64,000 nucleotides of DNA from Thermovirgaceae bacterium (GCA_040767805.1 JAXGNU010000005.1:32001-96000); one strand, 5' to 3'; counted from the stretch's first letter, positions 30,530-40,816 are shown. Notes: a model not told the origin generated them from the letters alone. Numbers and translations are program-made.

Positions 30530-31438
30530 TTACCGGTGATAATCCTTATTCACGAGCCAGAAAGCCACAGAGCCGTCCTTTTCCCTGTAAAGGAAGACTT
30601 TGTACCGTTCTCTCTCCCAAAGGCTGCTTTTATTCGGCGAATAGGTATCGGCCGGGCCGAGGAAGCTCTCAAAAAATGCTTTCAGCCCCTCAAAGGCCTC
30701 CCTGTCCTTGGGCAATGCCGTGCCCCTCAGCATGGAGAAGGTGGAGTTTTTGAAACCGTACAGGAAAGCGCCCTTCTTCATGGGGATCCCGCCCAATTCT
30801 GAAACTTTGAGGTCCCCTTGTCCAAGGTAGTAACTGATGTTCAGGTCGTGATCCCGAGAGATGAACTGGATATTGACCGTTCCGTAGGACTTGGCTCCCC
30901 ACCTGAGGCCCTTGAATCCGTCTTCGAAGGGATCCTCCGGGGCCGGCGGGCATGACTCCTCGCCATCCAGGCCCTCCAGGAATGCCCCGGCGGAGACCAG
31001 GTTGCTCTCGTCGTCAGGGTCGTGGACTATCTGTACCCAGTTGTTGGGGCTTTCCCATCTCACGTAGTCCAACTCGGCCGAGCCTCGAGACGGGGTCCCC
31101 AGCTCCCTCTCCAGGACTTCGCACCAGGTCTCCCATTCAGCCCGCCCGGGACATCCCTCGGCCAGGAAACCCTCGAACCTGAGTTGGTTGAAGAAGAAAA
31201 GGGGGCTTTCAACGAACTTAAGACCCTTCCAGGTCCTGGCGACACTGTCGGCGCGGGCCCAGGTCAGTTGCCCCTCTTCCTCGTCGCATTCCTCGTGGTC
31301 CGACAGGTCCTGGAACTCCGAAAAGGGCTGACCCCACCGGTAGCTGTCGTAACCCTCCGGTTCATTGAAGGAAAAAGCCGGCGAGGCCGCCAACAATGTC
31401 AACAGGGTGAAAAATACCAGGGCCTTTTTCAAAGCCAT
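30530..31438 (-). CDS. Hypothetical exported protein with two related subdomains
   Basis: Signal peptide; repeated EGYDSYRWG / DGFKGLRWG motif. Confidence 0.7.
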   Translation of the reverse strand: MALKKALVFFTLLTLLAASPAFSFNEPEGYDSYRWGQPFSEFQDLSDHEECDEEEGQLTWARADSVARTWKGLKFVESPLFFFNQLRFEGFLAEGCPGRAEWETWCEVLERELGTPSRGSAELDYVRWESPNNWVQIVHDPDDESNLVSAGAFLEGLDGEESCPPAPEDPFEDGFKGLRWGAKSYGTVNIQFISRDHDLNISYYLGQGDLKVSELGGIPMKKGAFLYGFKNSTFSMLRGTALPKDREAFEGLKAFFESFLGPADTYSPNKSSLWERERYKVFLYREKDGSVAFWLVNKDYHR

Positions 31439-31724
31439 CCCTCCCTTGCCTAGGTCACGGGCTCTCTAGAAATTCCTCTTAAATCAACACTGTCGAAGGC
31501 CGGATCAGGGACCCTGTCAAATGGGCCCAAAGGTTCGCATGAAAGGGCTTTCCTTGGAAAAAACAGGCGAAGAAGAGTTGACCGGTGGTCCCGTCGGGCC
31601 GGGACGTTTTTTGATCTCCCCTTTCCTGGTGACCCTGCAGGGCCTGTAGCCGGGAAAAGCCTTCATTCCCATGGTTTTCACCTCTCCACCCAACCCCGGT
31701 AATTGAAATGATTGTATACTATTC

Positions 31725-31752
31725 TTGCCTTTCAGGGATTTGTGTCTATAAT
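31725..31752 (+). promoter_or_regulatory. Sigma70-type promoter
   Basis: TTGCCT-16 bp-TATAAT upstream of the SLT gene. Confidence 0.5.
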
Positions 31753-31819
31753 ACCCGCGTCAGTATGAAATCACCCCTAAAGCCCATGGGGGTGACCCTA
31801 TTTCAAAGGGGGCGGGTTT

Positions 31820-32557
31820 TTGACCCGAAGACTCCTGAGGGATCTTGTCCCGGCGGTCGCCTTGGTGTGCGCGGCTTTAGCCCTGCTTCACACCATCCAA
31901 GGAGAACGCCCGGAGAGTTCCCCGGTGAACGCCGTCTCCGAATGGAGCCGGGAGCGTGCCGTAGCCGACCGTGTTTCTCAGCTCGACGGCACCGTCACCT
32001 CAACGCTCAAGGAAATGAACCTTAAACCCGAAGATCTTGTCCAATGGCAAATGGAAAACCCCGAGTCGGTCCTTCGCAGGCTCTGGCGCATGGACCCTGC
32101 CAACCAGAAAAACGCCTCCGTCATCGCCCTTTACATCCTTCACCAGAACCGTAACATCGAACCCCTCACCGCCTGGCGGGAAGCGGTCTCCTTCGTGTAC
32201 TACAGCCGCAAGTACGATGTCCCCCTCACGCTCGCCGTGGCGGTGGGCAACGCCGAGAGCCACTTTGACCCCGAGGCGAGGAGTTCCTACGGCGCCGCCG
32301 GGGTCATGCAGGTGGTATGGAGGGTCCATTCGTACCTCCTCGTGGCTCACGCCGGGCTCGAGGCCGAAGAGGACCTCTGTCACCCGGAGAAGGGCGTGTC
32401 CGCCGGCATCCTGCTGCTTTCAAGGTACATGAAGACTTACGGCAGCACGAAGAAGGCCCTGGGGAGATACTGCGGCGGGGGCGTCGAGCGGTACTGGTCC
32501 AGGGTCTCCAGGGGCATGAAGCAGGTCGCCAGTTACGGCCTGGACCCCGAGATCTGA
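31820..32557 (+). CDS. Lytic transglycosylase (SLT domain)
   Basis: AESHFDPEARSSYGAAGVMQV motif; N-terminal membrane anchor. Confidence 0.88.
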   Translation: MTRRLLRDLVPAVALVCAALALLHTIQGERPESSPVNAVSEWSRERAVADRVSQLDGTVTSTLKEMNLKPEDLVQWQMENPESVLRRLWRMDPANQKNASVIALYILHQNRNIEPLTAWREAVSFVYYSRKYDVPLTLAVAVGNAESHFDPEARSSYGAAGVMQVVWRVHSYLLVAHAGLEAEEDLCHPEKGVSAGILLLSRYMKTYGSTKKALGRYCGGGVERYWSRVSRGMKQVASYGLDPEI

Positions 32558-32663
32558 TCTCTCTTTGTCCACAAGATCTTCCCCACCCTGTGGATGCCCG
32601 CCGGTGAGGCGCGGCGTTCCGAGGGCCTGTGCGCTGTGCAGGCCATGGAAGGCCTTCGAGTCC

Positions 32664-33449
32664 CTACAGCCTGAATTCGGCGACGACCACGGTGTGGTCC
32701 GAGGGCCTTTCCCAGGCTCGGGGTTCCCTGTCGGCGTAACTGTCGACGGAACGCTCGGCCAGCGGGGCCGTGGCAAGAATGTGGTCGATCCTCCAGCCGA
32801 TGTTCCTCTCGAGGGAGTTAGGGACCCTGTAATCCCAGAAAGAGTACTCCCCCTCTCCGGGGCGGTGCTTCCTGAAGACGTCCACCAGGCCCAGGGAGCA
32901 GAGGCTCCAGAAGGCCTTCCTGACGTCCTCGTGGAAGCAGACATGGTTCTTCTTGTTCCCGGGATTGGTCACGTCCATCTCCGTGGGCGCCACGTTGAGG
33001 TCGCCCACCAGGGCCAGCTGCCCCCCCGGGACCCCCTTGGATCGCAGCAACCCCTCTAGCCTTTTGAAGAACCGGAGTTTCATGGGGTAATCGGGGTTGT
33101 CTATGGTTTTGCCCTGGGGAACGTAGGCGTTGACCACCCGGAGTTCACCGAAGCGGCACCAGGCGATGCGGGTCTTGCCCGAAGGCTCCTCGCCGTCGCC
33201 GAGGCCGAAGCCGTACTCGTCGGGGGGGACCATCGACGCGATGGCCACGCCGTTGTAGGACTTCTCGCCGCTGAAGCAAAGGTGGAAGCCCAGGTCCTCG
33301 AAGAAGGAGGCCGGGAACGAGCTGTCCTCCACCTTCGTCTCCTGGAGGCAGAGGCAGTCCACCCTGTTGCCGGCGAGCCACCTTTCGAGGATGGGCAGCC
33401 GGCTCCTGACGGAATTCACATTGAACGTGGCGATCTTGAAATTGCCCAT
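32664..33449 (-). CDS. xth: Exodeoxyribonuclease III
   Basis: ATFNVNS, LQETK, YNGVAI, GDLNVA, GWRIDHIL and PSDH motifs. Confidence 0.95.
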   Translation of the reverse strand: MGNFKIATFNVNSVRSRLPILERWLAGNRVDCLCLQETKVEDSSFPASFFEDLGFHLCFSGEKSYNGVAIASMVPPDEYGFGLGDGEEPSGKTRIAWCRFGELRVVNAYVPQGKTIDNPDYPMKLRFFKRLEGLLRSKGVPGGQLALVGDLNVAPTEMDVTNPGNKKNHVCFHEDVRKAFWSLCSLGLVDVFRKHRPGEGEYSFWDYRVPNSLERNIGWRIDHILATAPLAERSVDSYADREPRAWERPSDHTVVVAEFRL

Positions 33450-33612
33450 GCTTCAACCCCTTCCCGGTCGCCCGTTACGAGGACCTGGTTTTGTATTCAG
33501 GGCGGCGAAGACGAGGCCCTTTTCCCCCGCCGTGACAGTGGGGGCATGCCCTTGGCCTTTCACGTCCTTCAGGCCCAAGCCTCGCGTCTTCCTTTTCACT
33601 ATCTTATTCACT

Positions 33613-34365
33613 TCATAGGCTAATCGAGTACTGGATCGTGACGACGGCCTTCACGGCTTTTTCTATCGTCGACGTGTCGTACCTCCCCCAGTCCTCCACG
33701 TCGGTGGAGAAAAGGGGCGTGATCTGGAATACCCCCTGGCTCGCCGCCCTCAGGGGCCCCACCTTCCCGCCGCTGTTGACGGCCAGCTGCTCCGCCCTCT
33801 GGCGGGCGTTCTTCGTCGCCTCACCCAGCAACCGGATCTTTATGTCCTCGATCCCCGAGTAGTAGTACTCCGGCGAGAAGGAGAAGAACTCCACCCCTTC
33901 CCTTATCAGGGTGGTGGACTCCCTCGAGAGGGACGCCACCAGGTCCACTTCCTTCGACCTCACCGTGACGGTCTGGTCCAGTACGTACTGCTCGATCTCG
34001 TTGGTGTCGTACCCCTGGGAGGTCTTGCGGTACTGGATCATGGTGGTGACGGCCGAGACTTCGATCTCCTCCCTGGCGATGCCGCTCCTCCCCAGGAAGC
34101 CCAGCACCTTCTCCAGGTCCGACTCGAGCCTGGAGTAGGCCTGGACCAGGTCCGCGTCCCTGGTGGTGAAGCGCCCCGTCCAAAGGGCTATGTCCGACCG
34201 TACGTCCAACTGGGCGGTGCCCTTGACGGCAATTGTCTGGTTGGCCAGTTTTACGTTCTTCACCGTGTCCGACACGAGCCATGACGAGAGGACCATTCCC
34301 GCCGCGAGGGCGATGCCGAGAACGACGAGCCCCCCGTTGATGGACCTCTTCCCGCTCTCCTCCAT
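33613..34365 (-). CDS. SIMPL/DUF541 domain protein
   Basis: TIAVKGTA...DIALW, ATKNARQRAEQLA and GVFQITP motifs. Confidence 0.85.
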   Translation of the reverse strand: MEESGKRSINGGLVVLGIALAAGMVLSSWLVSDTVKNVKLANQTIAVKGTAQLDVRSDIALWTGRFTTRDADLVQAYSRLESDLEKVLGFLGRSGIAREEIEVSAVTTMIQYRKTSQGYDTNEIEQYVLDQTVTVRSKEVDLVASLSRESTTLIREGVEFFSFSPEYYYSGIEDIKIRLLGEATKNARQRAEQLAVNSGGKVGPLRAASQGVFQITPLFSTDVEDWGRYDTSTIEKAVKAVVTIQYSISL

Positions 34366-34370
34366 GGCGA

Positions 34371-34898
34371 TCAGCCTTCCTTTCCCGTTTTATGGCGGGG
34401 CAGCCCGCCTTCGGAACCGAACTTCTTCCTGTAAAGCGCCATGAGCCTCGCCAGGTCCTCGGCGACGTCGTCCCTTCCCACCGCGGGGCGGACCTCCTCC
34501 AGGCAGGCGGCGACCTCACCGGCGACGGGCTTCAGTGGCTTGGGTTCACGCGACCTTTTCTCGGGGGGTTTCCTCCCGCGGGGCCTCCCGACCCTGGCAC
34601 TGACTCCCGAGACCTCGAGGCCCCATTTTTCCTTCACCCTGGAGGCGATGTCCCCCCCTCTCATGGTTATCTCCTGGCACAGGAGGGGGTCGGAGGCCAC
34701 GACGACGAGGGTGCCGTCGAGCAGTTGCCCCGGGGAACTTCTCCGGGCGAGCTTCGGACCCACCACCTCGCACCACCGGGAGCAGAGGTCGGCGAAGAGG
34801 AGCATCGACGCCTGCTCCCGGGAGAGGGAGGCCATGAGGAGCGACCCGACCTTCGAAAGACCCTGCCGGCTACACCTCGCCCTTTTCCTGGCCGCCAT
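34371..34898 (-). CDS. dciA: DUF721/DciA family protein
   Basis: W.EVVGPKLARRSSP...GTLVV motif; located in the dnaA-dnaN-recF operon. Confidence 0.72.
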   Translation of the reverse strand: MAARKRARCSRQGLSKVGSLLMASLSREQASMLLFADLCSRWCEVVGPKLARRSSPGQLLDGTLVVVASDPLLCQEITMRGGDIASRVKEKWGLEVSGVSARVGRPRGRKPPEKRSREPKPLKPVAGEVAACLEEVRPAVGRDDVAEDLARLMALYRKKFGSEGGLPRHKTGKEG

Positions 34899-36780
34899 TG
34901 CCCCTCTCCCTCCGGAGGCGTTCGATGAAGACCTCCAGCAACATTATATCCGCTGGCGTCACCCCCGATATCCTCCCCGCCTGCCCAAGGTTCCTGGGGC
35001 GGACCGCCTCCAGTTTCTGCCTGCTCTCGTCGAGGAGGCCCGTCACGGAAGAGTAGTCCAGCTCCTCGGGTACGCACACCTGTTCCATTCTCTTCATCCT
35101 CTCCACCTGGGAGAGCTGCCGGGCCACGTACCCCTCGTACTTGATCTCCACCTGGGCCCGTTCCGTAATCTCCCGGTCAAGGGGTTCCGGCGGCGGCGCG
35201 GCACGGGCCACCATCTCCCAGGTCACGCCGGGCCTCTTCAGCAATTCGGCGGCGGTGACGCCGGGCTGGGACGAACCGCTCCCGGCCCCCCCCAGGACCG
35301 TCTCCACCAACCCAGCGTCGCGGATCCTGGTGTTTTTCAGCCTATCGATCTCCCCGTCCAGGGCGGCCCACCGGGTCTTTAGGACCTTCCAGCGGCGGTG
35401 GTCCAGCAGGCCGAGCCTCCTCGCTACGGGGGCCAACCGCCTGTCGGCGTTGTCGTGCCTCAGCAGGAGCCTGTACTCGCAGCGGCTGGTGAGCATCCTG
35501 TAGGGTTCGTCGGTCCCCCGGGTGACGAGGTCGTCCACGAGCACCCCCAGGTATCCCCGGGACCTCTCGATCACCAGCGGCTCCTCCCCCCGGGTCGAAA
35601 GGGCCGCGTTGATGCCGGCCAGGACCCCCTGGGCGGCGGCTTCCTCGTAGCCCGAGGTGCCGTTGACCTGCCCCGCGCAGAAGAGACCCCCGATGCCTTT
35701 CACTTCCAGCCAGGGCTCCAGCTGGGTGGGGGGGATGAAGTCGTACTCGATCCCGTAGCCGGGCCTCATTATCCTGGCCTTCCCACACCCGGGGAGGGAC
35801 CGGACCATCTTCAACTGGACGTCGAGGGGGAGGCCGGTGGTGAAGTTCTGCATGTAGATCTCAACGCTCTCCCTGCCTACGGGTTCGAGGAAGACCGGGT
35901 GGCTCTCCTTCTCGGGGAACCGGGCCACCCTTTCTTCGATGGAGGTGCAGTACCTGGGTCCCTTGACCTCGCCCGTCTCGAGGGATTCGGGCGACCTTTC
36001 CTGGCAGTCCCTGATGATCCGGTGGGTCTCCACGCCGGTCCTGGTGGAGTAGCAGGCGTGGCCGCTGTAGACCCTCGGGGTCCCCCAATGGCTGAAGCAG
36101 TGGGGTTCGGCGTCGCTCTCCTGCCTGGTGAGGGAGCCCCAGTCGACGCTGCCGGCGTGGATCCTGGGGGTAGTGCCCGTCCTCAGCCTCCCGACCTGGA
36201 GGCCCGCCCCCCGGAGGTCCGCGCCGAGGGCCTCGGTGGAGACCTGTCCCAGCGGCCCCGACGGGAAGGAGACCTGCCCGATATGGACCCTCCCGCCTAG
36301 GAAGGTCCCCGTGGCGATGACGACCGCCCGGGCCTCGTAGAGGGTGCCCATCCTGGTCCTCAGGCCCCTGACCCTCCCGCCATCGACCCAAAGGCCGGTG
36401 ACCTCGTCCTGCATGACCTCGAGCCCGGCCTGGCCGTCGCAGGCCCTTCTATACCAGCGGTGGTAGTCGCCCAGGTCGCACTGGGCCCTCAGGGCCCTGA
36501 CGGCCGCGCCCTTGGAGGTGTTGAGCATCCTGATGTGGAGGGTGGAGGCGTCGGCGGCGGCGCCCTGTTCACCGCCGAGGGCGTCCACCTCCCGGGTGAG
36601 GTGCCCCTTGGCCGGGCCCCCGATGGAGGGGTTGCAGGGCATCATGGCCGCGTTGTCCAGCAGGAGGTTGAGCAGGAGGGTCCTCGCCCCCATCCTGGCC
36701 GAAGCCAGGGCGGCCTCGCACCCGGCGTGGCCGCCGCCCACCACTATGACATCGAAGGGACCGTCACGCCGCATCGACAC
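34870..36780 (-). CDS. mnmG: tRNA uridine-5-carboxymethylaminomethyl synthesis enzyme MnmG (GidA)
   Basis: VVGGGHAGCEAA, CNPSIGGPAKG, GQVNGTSGYEEAAAQG and EPYRMLTSR motifs. Confidence 0.97.
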   Translation of the reverse strand: MSMRRDGPFDVIVVGGGHAGCEAALASARMGARTLLLNLLLDNAAMMPCNPSIGGPAKGHLTREVDALGGEQGAAADASTLHIRMLNTSKGAAVRALRAQCDLGDYHRWYRRACDGQAGLEVMQDEVTGLWVDGGRVRGLRTRMGTLYEARAVVIATGTFLGGRVHIGQVSFPSGPLGQVSTEALGADLRGAGLQVGRLRTGTTPRIHAGSVDWGSLTRQESDAEPHCFSHWGTPRVYSGHACYSTRTGVETHRIIRDCQERSPESLETGEVKGPRYCTSIEERVARFPEKESHPVFLEPVGRESVEIYMQNFTTGLPLDVQLKMVRSLPGCGKARIMRPGYGIEYDFIPPTQLEPWLEVKGIGGLFCAGQVNGTSGYEEAAAQGVLAGINAALSTRGEEPLVIERSRGYLGVLVDDLVTRGTDEPYRMLTSRCEYRLLLRHDNADRRLAPVARRLGLLDHRRWKVLKTRWAALDGEIDRLKNTRIRDAGLVETVLGGAGSGSSQPGVTAAELLKRPGVTWEMVARAAPPPEPLDREITERAQVEIKYEGYVARQLSQVERMKRMEQVCVPEELDYSSVTGLLDESRQKLEAVRPRNLGQAGRISGVTPADIMLLEVFIERLRRERGNGGQEKGEV

Positions 36781-37819
36781 ACCCCCCTTCCACGGACCAG
36801 ACCTTCCCGGGCCATTCGGGTGCGCAGGCCTCCGCCGTGGCGGCGAAGACTTGCCAGCCAGTGCGGAGGAGGACCTCGATGAGCCTCTCTCTCCCCTCCA
36901 GGTCCAGTTCGGCCATGACCTCGTCGAGGAGGAGGATGGGCTTTCTCCGCATCTTCCTCTCCACGGCCCATCCCGAGGAGATCAAGAGGGCTATGGCGAC
37001 CCTCCTCCTGTAGCCGCGGCTGAAACACCGTGCCACGTCCTTTTCGCCGAAGCGGATGAGGAGGTCGTCCCTGTGGGGCCCGACGGGGCAGGCGCCCATG
37101 CCCCTCTCGTGACCCTGGCAGGCCTCGAGGGACTCCCAGAAGTCGAGGTGAAGGTCTTCGAGCCCCTTGCCTCCCCTCTTGAGTTCCACCGTGACGCCCT
37201 GGGGGAGAAGGCCCCCGCCGTTTTCGAGGCCCTTGCGGAGGAGGTCCGTGGCGGTGAGCCGGCAGGCCCATATCCAGGCCGCCAGGGGGGCCATGACCCT
37301 GGCGGTGGCGGCCAGGTTCCTTCCCTGCCGGAGGGCGGCGTTCCTTTGCCTCAGGGCCTTGCCGTACTCGTGGAGCCTCAAGGCGTACACGGGGAAAAGG
37401 AGGGCGCAAAGACGGTCCACGAGCCGCCTTCTCGTCGCCGGGGAACCCTCCACCAGCGAGAGGTCGTTGGGAAGGAAGATCAGCGAGGGGACCAGGGGCC
37501 TGAGCTGGGAAGACCGTATTGAAGACCCTCCCTTCTTCGCTACGATGCGGGCGCCGATGCCGACCCTGACGTCGAGGGCTTCTTCCCCTTCGAAGCCGGC
37601 GGAGAGGAAGGTTCCCCTGCCTGGGTCGGACCAGCTGCGGAGGTCGGAGGTCCTCTCTCCCCTTAGGGACCCCCACCCCGTCAGCACGTGGAGCGCCTCG
37701 AGAATATTGGTCTTTCCGGAACCGTTCGGACCCAGAAGCAGGTGAAGCCCCTCCGCCCATTGCAGGCGCCGGGGCTTCAGGTTTCTGAATCCTTCCCATT
37801 GGGTGACCGCGATCTTCAT
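36764..37819 (-). CDS. recF: DNA replication/repair protein RecF
   Basis: FRNL, GPNGSGKTNILEA, GPHRDDL and PILLLDEVMAELD motifs. Confidence 0.92.
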   Translation of the reverse strand: MKIAVTQWEGFRNLKPRRLQWAEGLHLLLGPNGSGKTNILEALHVLTGWGSLRGERTSDLRSWSDPGRGTFLSAGFEGEEALDVRVGIGARIVAKKGGSSIRSSQLRPLVPSLIFLPNDLSLVEGSPATRRRLVDRLCALLFPVYALRLHEYGKALRQRNAALRQGRNLAATARVMAPLAAWIWACRLTATDLLRKGLENGGGLLPQGVTVELKRGGKGLEDLHLDFWESLEACQGHERGMGACPVGPHRDDLLIRFGEKDVARCFSRGYRRRVAIALLISSGWAVERKMRRKPILLLDEVMAELDLEGRERLIEVLLRTGWQVFAATAEACAPEWPGKVWSVEGGCVDAA

Positions 37820-38958
37820 GCCGTCTCTTGCCCGCTCTCCTCCTCGGGAAGGGTTATGGGCATCAGGACGTAGAGGAAGCTGTCCTCCCTCGGCCTGGAT
37901 AGGGTCATCTGGCCGTTGGGGCCGTTGAAGGACAGGTGCGCCACAGTGCCGTGAAGGGCTTTCAGCCCTTCCAGCAGGTACTTCACGTTGAAGGCTATCC
38001 TGATGGGTTCCCCATCGCAGTCGCCGGCGATCTCCTCGAAGGCCTCGCCCACCTCGGGGGCTTTGGCCCGCATCTTGAGGTTACCGGCGGGGGCGAACTC
38101 GAGGACGACCATTCGACTGAAATCGCGCACCACCACCTCGGCCCTCTCGAGGGCCTCGATGAAGAGATCCCGGTCGATGGTCAACCAGGATGTCCTGTCC
38201 GTGGAAAGGACCTTTTCGTAGGGTGGGAACCTCGATTCCACCCTCCTCACGGAAAACTCGATACTTTTCGTCTTGAAGTAGACCTGGGCGTCGTCTTTAA
38301 GGACGACGACCTCCTCATCGCCCTCTACAGCGGAGAGGGCCCTCTGGAGTTCCCTCAGCCCGGCAAGGGGGAGCAGCACCTGGTCCGGTTCCCCCTCCAC
38401 GGTGACTACGCCCTGGGAGAGGGAAAGCCTCCTGCCGTCGGTGGATACCACCCTGACCTTGTCCTCGATGGTCTGGACCAGGCCGGCGCTAAGGTACTGG
38501 GGAAATTCCTCCCCCGGCGACCCCGAGAAGGTGCCCTCCTCGAGGAGCCTCTTCAGGTCGACGCACTCCACCCGGAAAAAGGGCTGGGCCTTGTCCGAGG
38601 TCGGCAATTTCGGAAATTCCGTTACGGGATAGGTGGCGAAAGAATAGACACTGGCGCCGGAGACGACCGTGGCCTTCCCCTTGTCCACCTCGACGGTGAA
38701 GTTCTCCCCGGGGGCTTTCTTGAAGAACTCGCCGATGTTCTTGACGGGGAAAATGGAACCCCCTTCCCGGAGAACCTCCACCCCGTCGGCGTCGCAGCTT
38801 ATCGAGGTCTTGAGATCGGTCGCCTTCAGGAACACCCCTTCAGCCGAAGCCTCGCACTTGACGCCGGTGAGGACCGAGATGGTGCTCCTCTGGCCCGCGC
38901 TCCTTTCCGCCAGGTTCCAACTTTTCAGGAACTTCGCCTTGTCCACGAGGAGCTTCAA
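37816..38958 (-). CDS. dnaN: DNA polymerase III beta clamp
   Basis: ATDL, STDGRRLS, FPPYEKV, IAFNVKYL and YVLMP motifs; directly follows dnaA. Confidence 0.96.
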   Translation of the reverse strand: MKLLVDKAKFLKSWNLAERSAGQRSTISVLTGVKCEASAEGVFLKATDLKTSISCDADGVEVLREGGSIFPVKNIGEFFKKAPGENFTVEVDKGKATVVSGASVYSFATYPVTEFPKLPTSDKAQPFFRVECVDLKRLLEEGTFSGSPGEEFPQYLSAGLVQTIEDKVRVVSTDGRRLSLSQGVVTVEGEPDQVLLPLAGLRELQRALSAVEGDEEVVVLKDDAQVYFKTKSIEFSVRRVESRFPPYEKVLSTDRTSWLTIDRDLFIEALERAEVVVRDFSRMVVLEFAPAGNLKMRAKAPEVGEAFEEIAGDCDGEPIRIAFNVKYLLEGLKALHGTVAHLSFNGPNGQMTLSRPREDSFLYVLMPITLPEEESGQETA

Positions 38959-38974
38959 GGTGGCACCACTCCCT

Positions 38975-39180
38975 TCTTCTTATCACTTATATATGAAATA
39001 AATAAGTAGGTCTAGTAGTAAGGGTGTGATTCATGGGGATAACTGTCGAAACCCATGGAGCCCCCGTTTTTTTCCTGTGGGTATCATCGCCGGAAATTGT
39101 GGAGACCCTTCCACATGGCCGCTCCTTTTCGCGTCGGGGGAGAGGGTTCTGTGGAGTACTTTCCCAGGAACACACCGGGT
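38975..39180 (-). other. oriC unwinding half (dnaA-dnaN intergenic region)
   Basis: Minus strand reads TTATCCCCA TGAATCACA CCC TTACTACTAGACCTAC TTATTTATTTCATATATAAG: tandem DnaA boxes, GC spacer, DnaA-trios, AT-rich tract. More degenerate boxes follow. Confidence 0.85.
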
Positions 39181-40500
39181 TCACAACTTTTCCCTGAGGT
39201 TGTCCACCATGCCCTTCATGTTCGGGTCTTTCTTTATGGATTCCTCGATCTTCCTGCAGGCGTGGATCACGGTGGTGTGGTCCTTCCTGTTGAAGGCGTA
39301 GCCGATCTGCTGGAGCGTTGTGCCCGTCAGGTCCCTGCTGAGGTACATGGCCACCTGCCGGGCCAGGGCTATCTCGGAGGTCCTCTTGTTGCCCGAAAGG
39401 GAGGAAACGGGTATGCCGAAGGACTCGGCCGTCACCTGCTGGATGAGATCGATGGTCACCTGGCCCCGGGAGGACCGCCGGATGAGGTCCTTGAGCCATC
39501 GCGAGGCGTTCTCCACGGTCACCGATTCATTGTTCAGTTCGGCGAAGAACATGACGCTGTTCAGGGAGCCCTCCAGCTCGCGGATGTTGCTGGGTATATT
39601 CTGGGCCAGGAAGTCGATCACGTCGTCGGGGATGAAGTAGTTCCTCAGGGCCGCCTTCTTTTTGAGGATGGCGATCCTGGTCTCCAGGTCGGGGGGTTGT
39701 ATGTCCGTGACCAGGCCCCACTCGAAACGGCTCACCAGCCGCTCCTCGATGTTGTGTATGTCCTTGGGGGGCTTGTCGGAGGTGAGGACGATCTGCTTCT
39801 TGGCGTCGTGGAGGCTGTTGAAGGTGTGGAAGAACTCCTCCTGGGTGCTCTCCTTGTTGGCGAGGAAGTGGATGTCGTCGATGAGAAGGACGTCGACGCC
39901 GCGGTACTTCTGCTTGAATTCGTGGGTCTTGTTATTCTGGATGGAGAGGATGAATTCGTTGATGAACTTCTCGGAACTGATATAGGCTATCTTGATCCCC
40001 TCGTTGTGCCGGGCGACGAAGTTGCCGATGGCGTGGAGGAGGTGGGTCTTCCCCAGGCCGACGCCTCCCCAGAAGAAGAGGGGGTTGTAGGCGACGCCGG
40101 GGGATTCGGCCACGGCGAGGCTGGCGGCGTGGGCGAGCCGGTTGGACTTGCCCACCACGAAGGAGTCGAACTGGTAGTCGGGGTTGAGGCCGTTCCTGGG
40201 CCTCTCCGCTTCCCGGGAGATCCGCTCGGCCCGCTTGATCTCGTCCTTCTTGGCGCCGCCCACCTCGAGGACGATCTTGTCGGCCAGCCCCCTCTGGGAG
40301 GAAAGGGCGGTGAGCTTCTCGATGAACCTCGACTGGATCTGCTCCCTCACGAAGACGTTCGGGACGTCCAGCGTGAGCACCTTGCCCTCCAGGGAGACGG
40401 GGAGACACGTCTTGAGCCAGATGTCCGCGGCTCCCTTGGGCAGACTCTCCTCGGCTATCCCGAGGATCTCTCTCCAGACCTGATCGGTTTTTTCCTGCAA
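39181..40500 (-). CDS. dnaA: Chromosomal replication initiator DnaA
   Basis: YNPLFFWGGVGLGKTHLL, LLIDDIHF, QEEFFHTFN, NIRELEG and RKDHTTVIHA motifs. Confidence 0.98.
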   Translation of the reverse strand: MQEKTDQVWREILGIAEESLPKGAADIWLKTCLPVSLEGKVLTLDVPNVFVREQIQSRFIEKLTALSSQRGLADKIVLEVGGAKKDEIKRAERISREAERPRNGLNPDYQFDSFVVGKSNRLAHAASLAVAESPGVAYNPLFFWGGVGLGKTHLLHAIGNFVARHNEGIKIAYISSEKFINEFILSIQNNKTHEFKQKYRGVDVLLIDDIHFLANKESTQEEFFHTFNSLHDAKKQIVLTSDKPPKDIHNIEERLVSRFEWGLVTDIQPPDLETRIAILKKKAALRNYFIPDDVIDFLAQNIPSNIRELEGSLNSVMFFAELNNESVTVENASRWLKDLIRRSSRGQVTIDLIQQVTAESFGIPVSSLSGNKRTSEIALARQVAMYLSRDLTGTTLQQIGYAFNRKDHTTVIHACRKIEESIKKDPNMKGMVDNLREKL

Positions 40501-40549
40501 GGGGGCTCACCTCACGACCTTTTTGGACCGATGGCGAAGTCAATATTAC

Positions 40550-40760
40550 CATATTTGAATCCACAAATTTTATCCACATATCCACATTTTGTTCATAATG
40601 CCCGGATAAGGGGAAAAACCCGCAGGGTGATGTATGTTTTCAAACTGGTCGTAAAAAAAATACTATTTGACCAATCGTAATTAAGCCGGTCCTTTCGGGC
40701 CGAAAAGTTGTTCGCATTCCTGTTCACATCGGCTGTGGATTTCTGGCCTATAATACCGGT
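40550..40760. promoter_or_regulatory. DnaA-box cluster upstream of dnaA (second oriC half/autoregulation)
   Basis: Perfect TTATCCACA at 40570-40578, flanked by GAATCCACA and ATATCCACA; further degenerate boxes to about 40742. Confidence 0.85.
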
Positions 40761-40816
40761 AGCCCGCCGCCGCCCCGCGGGGCGCCGATCCTCGGGCTGG
40801 GAAGGAGGCCCCTACC

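Noticed and set aside
39055..40680. Long antisense ORFs (for example 39055-40680, 6125-7432, 53340-54518, 60507-61682)
   Set aside because: Shadow frames typical of high-GC coding DNA opposite well-supported genes.
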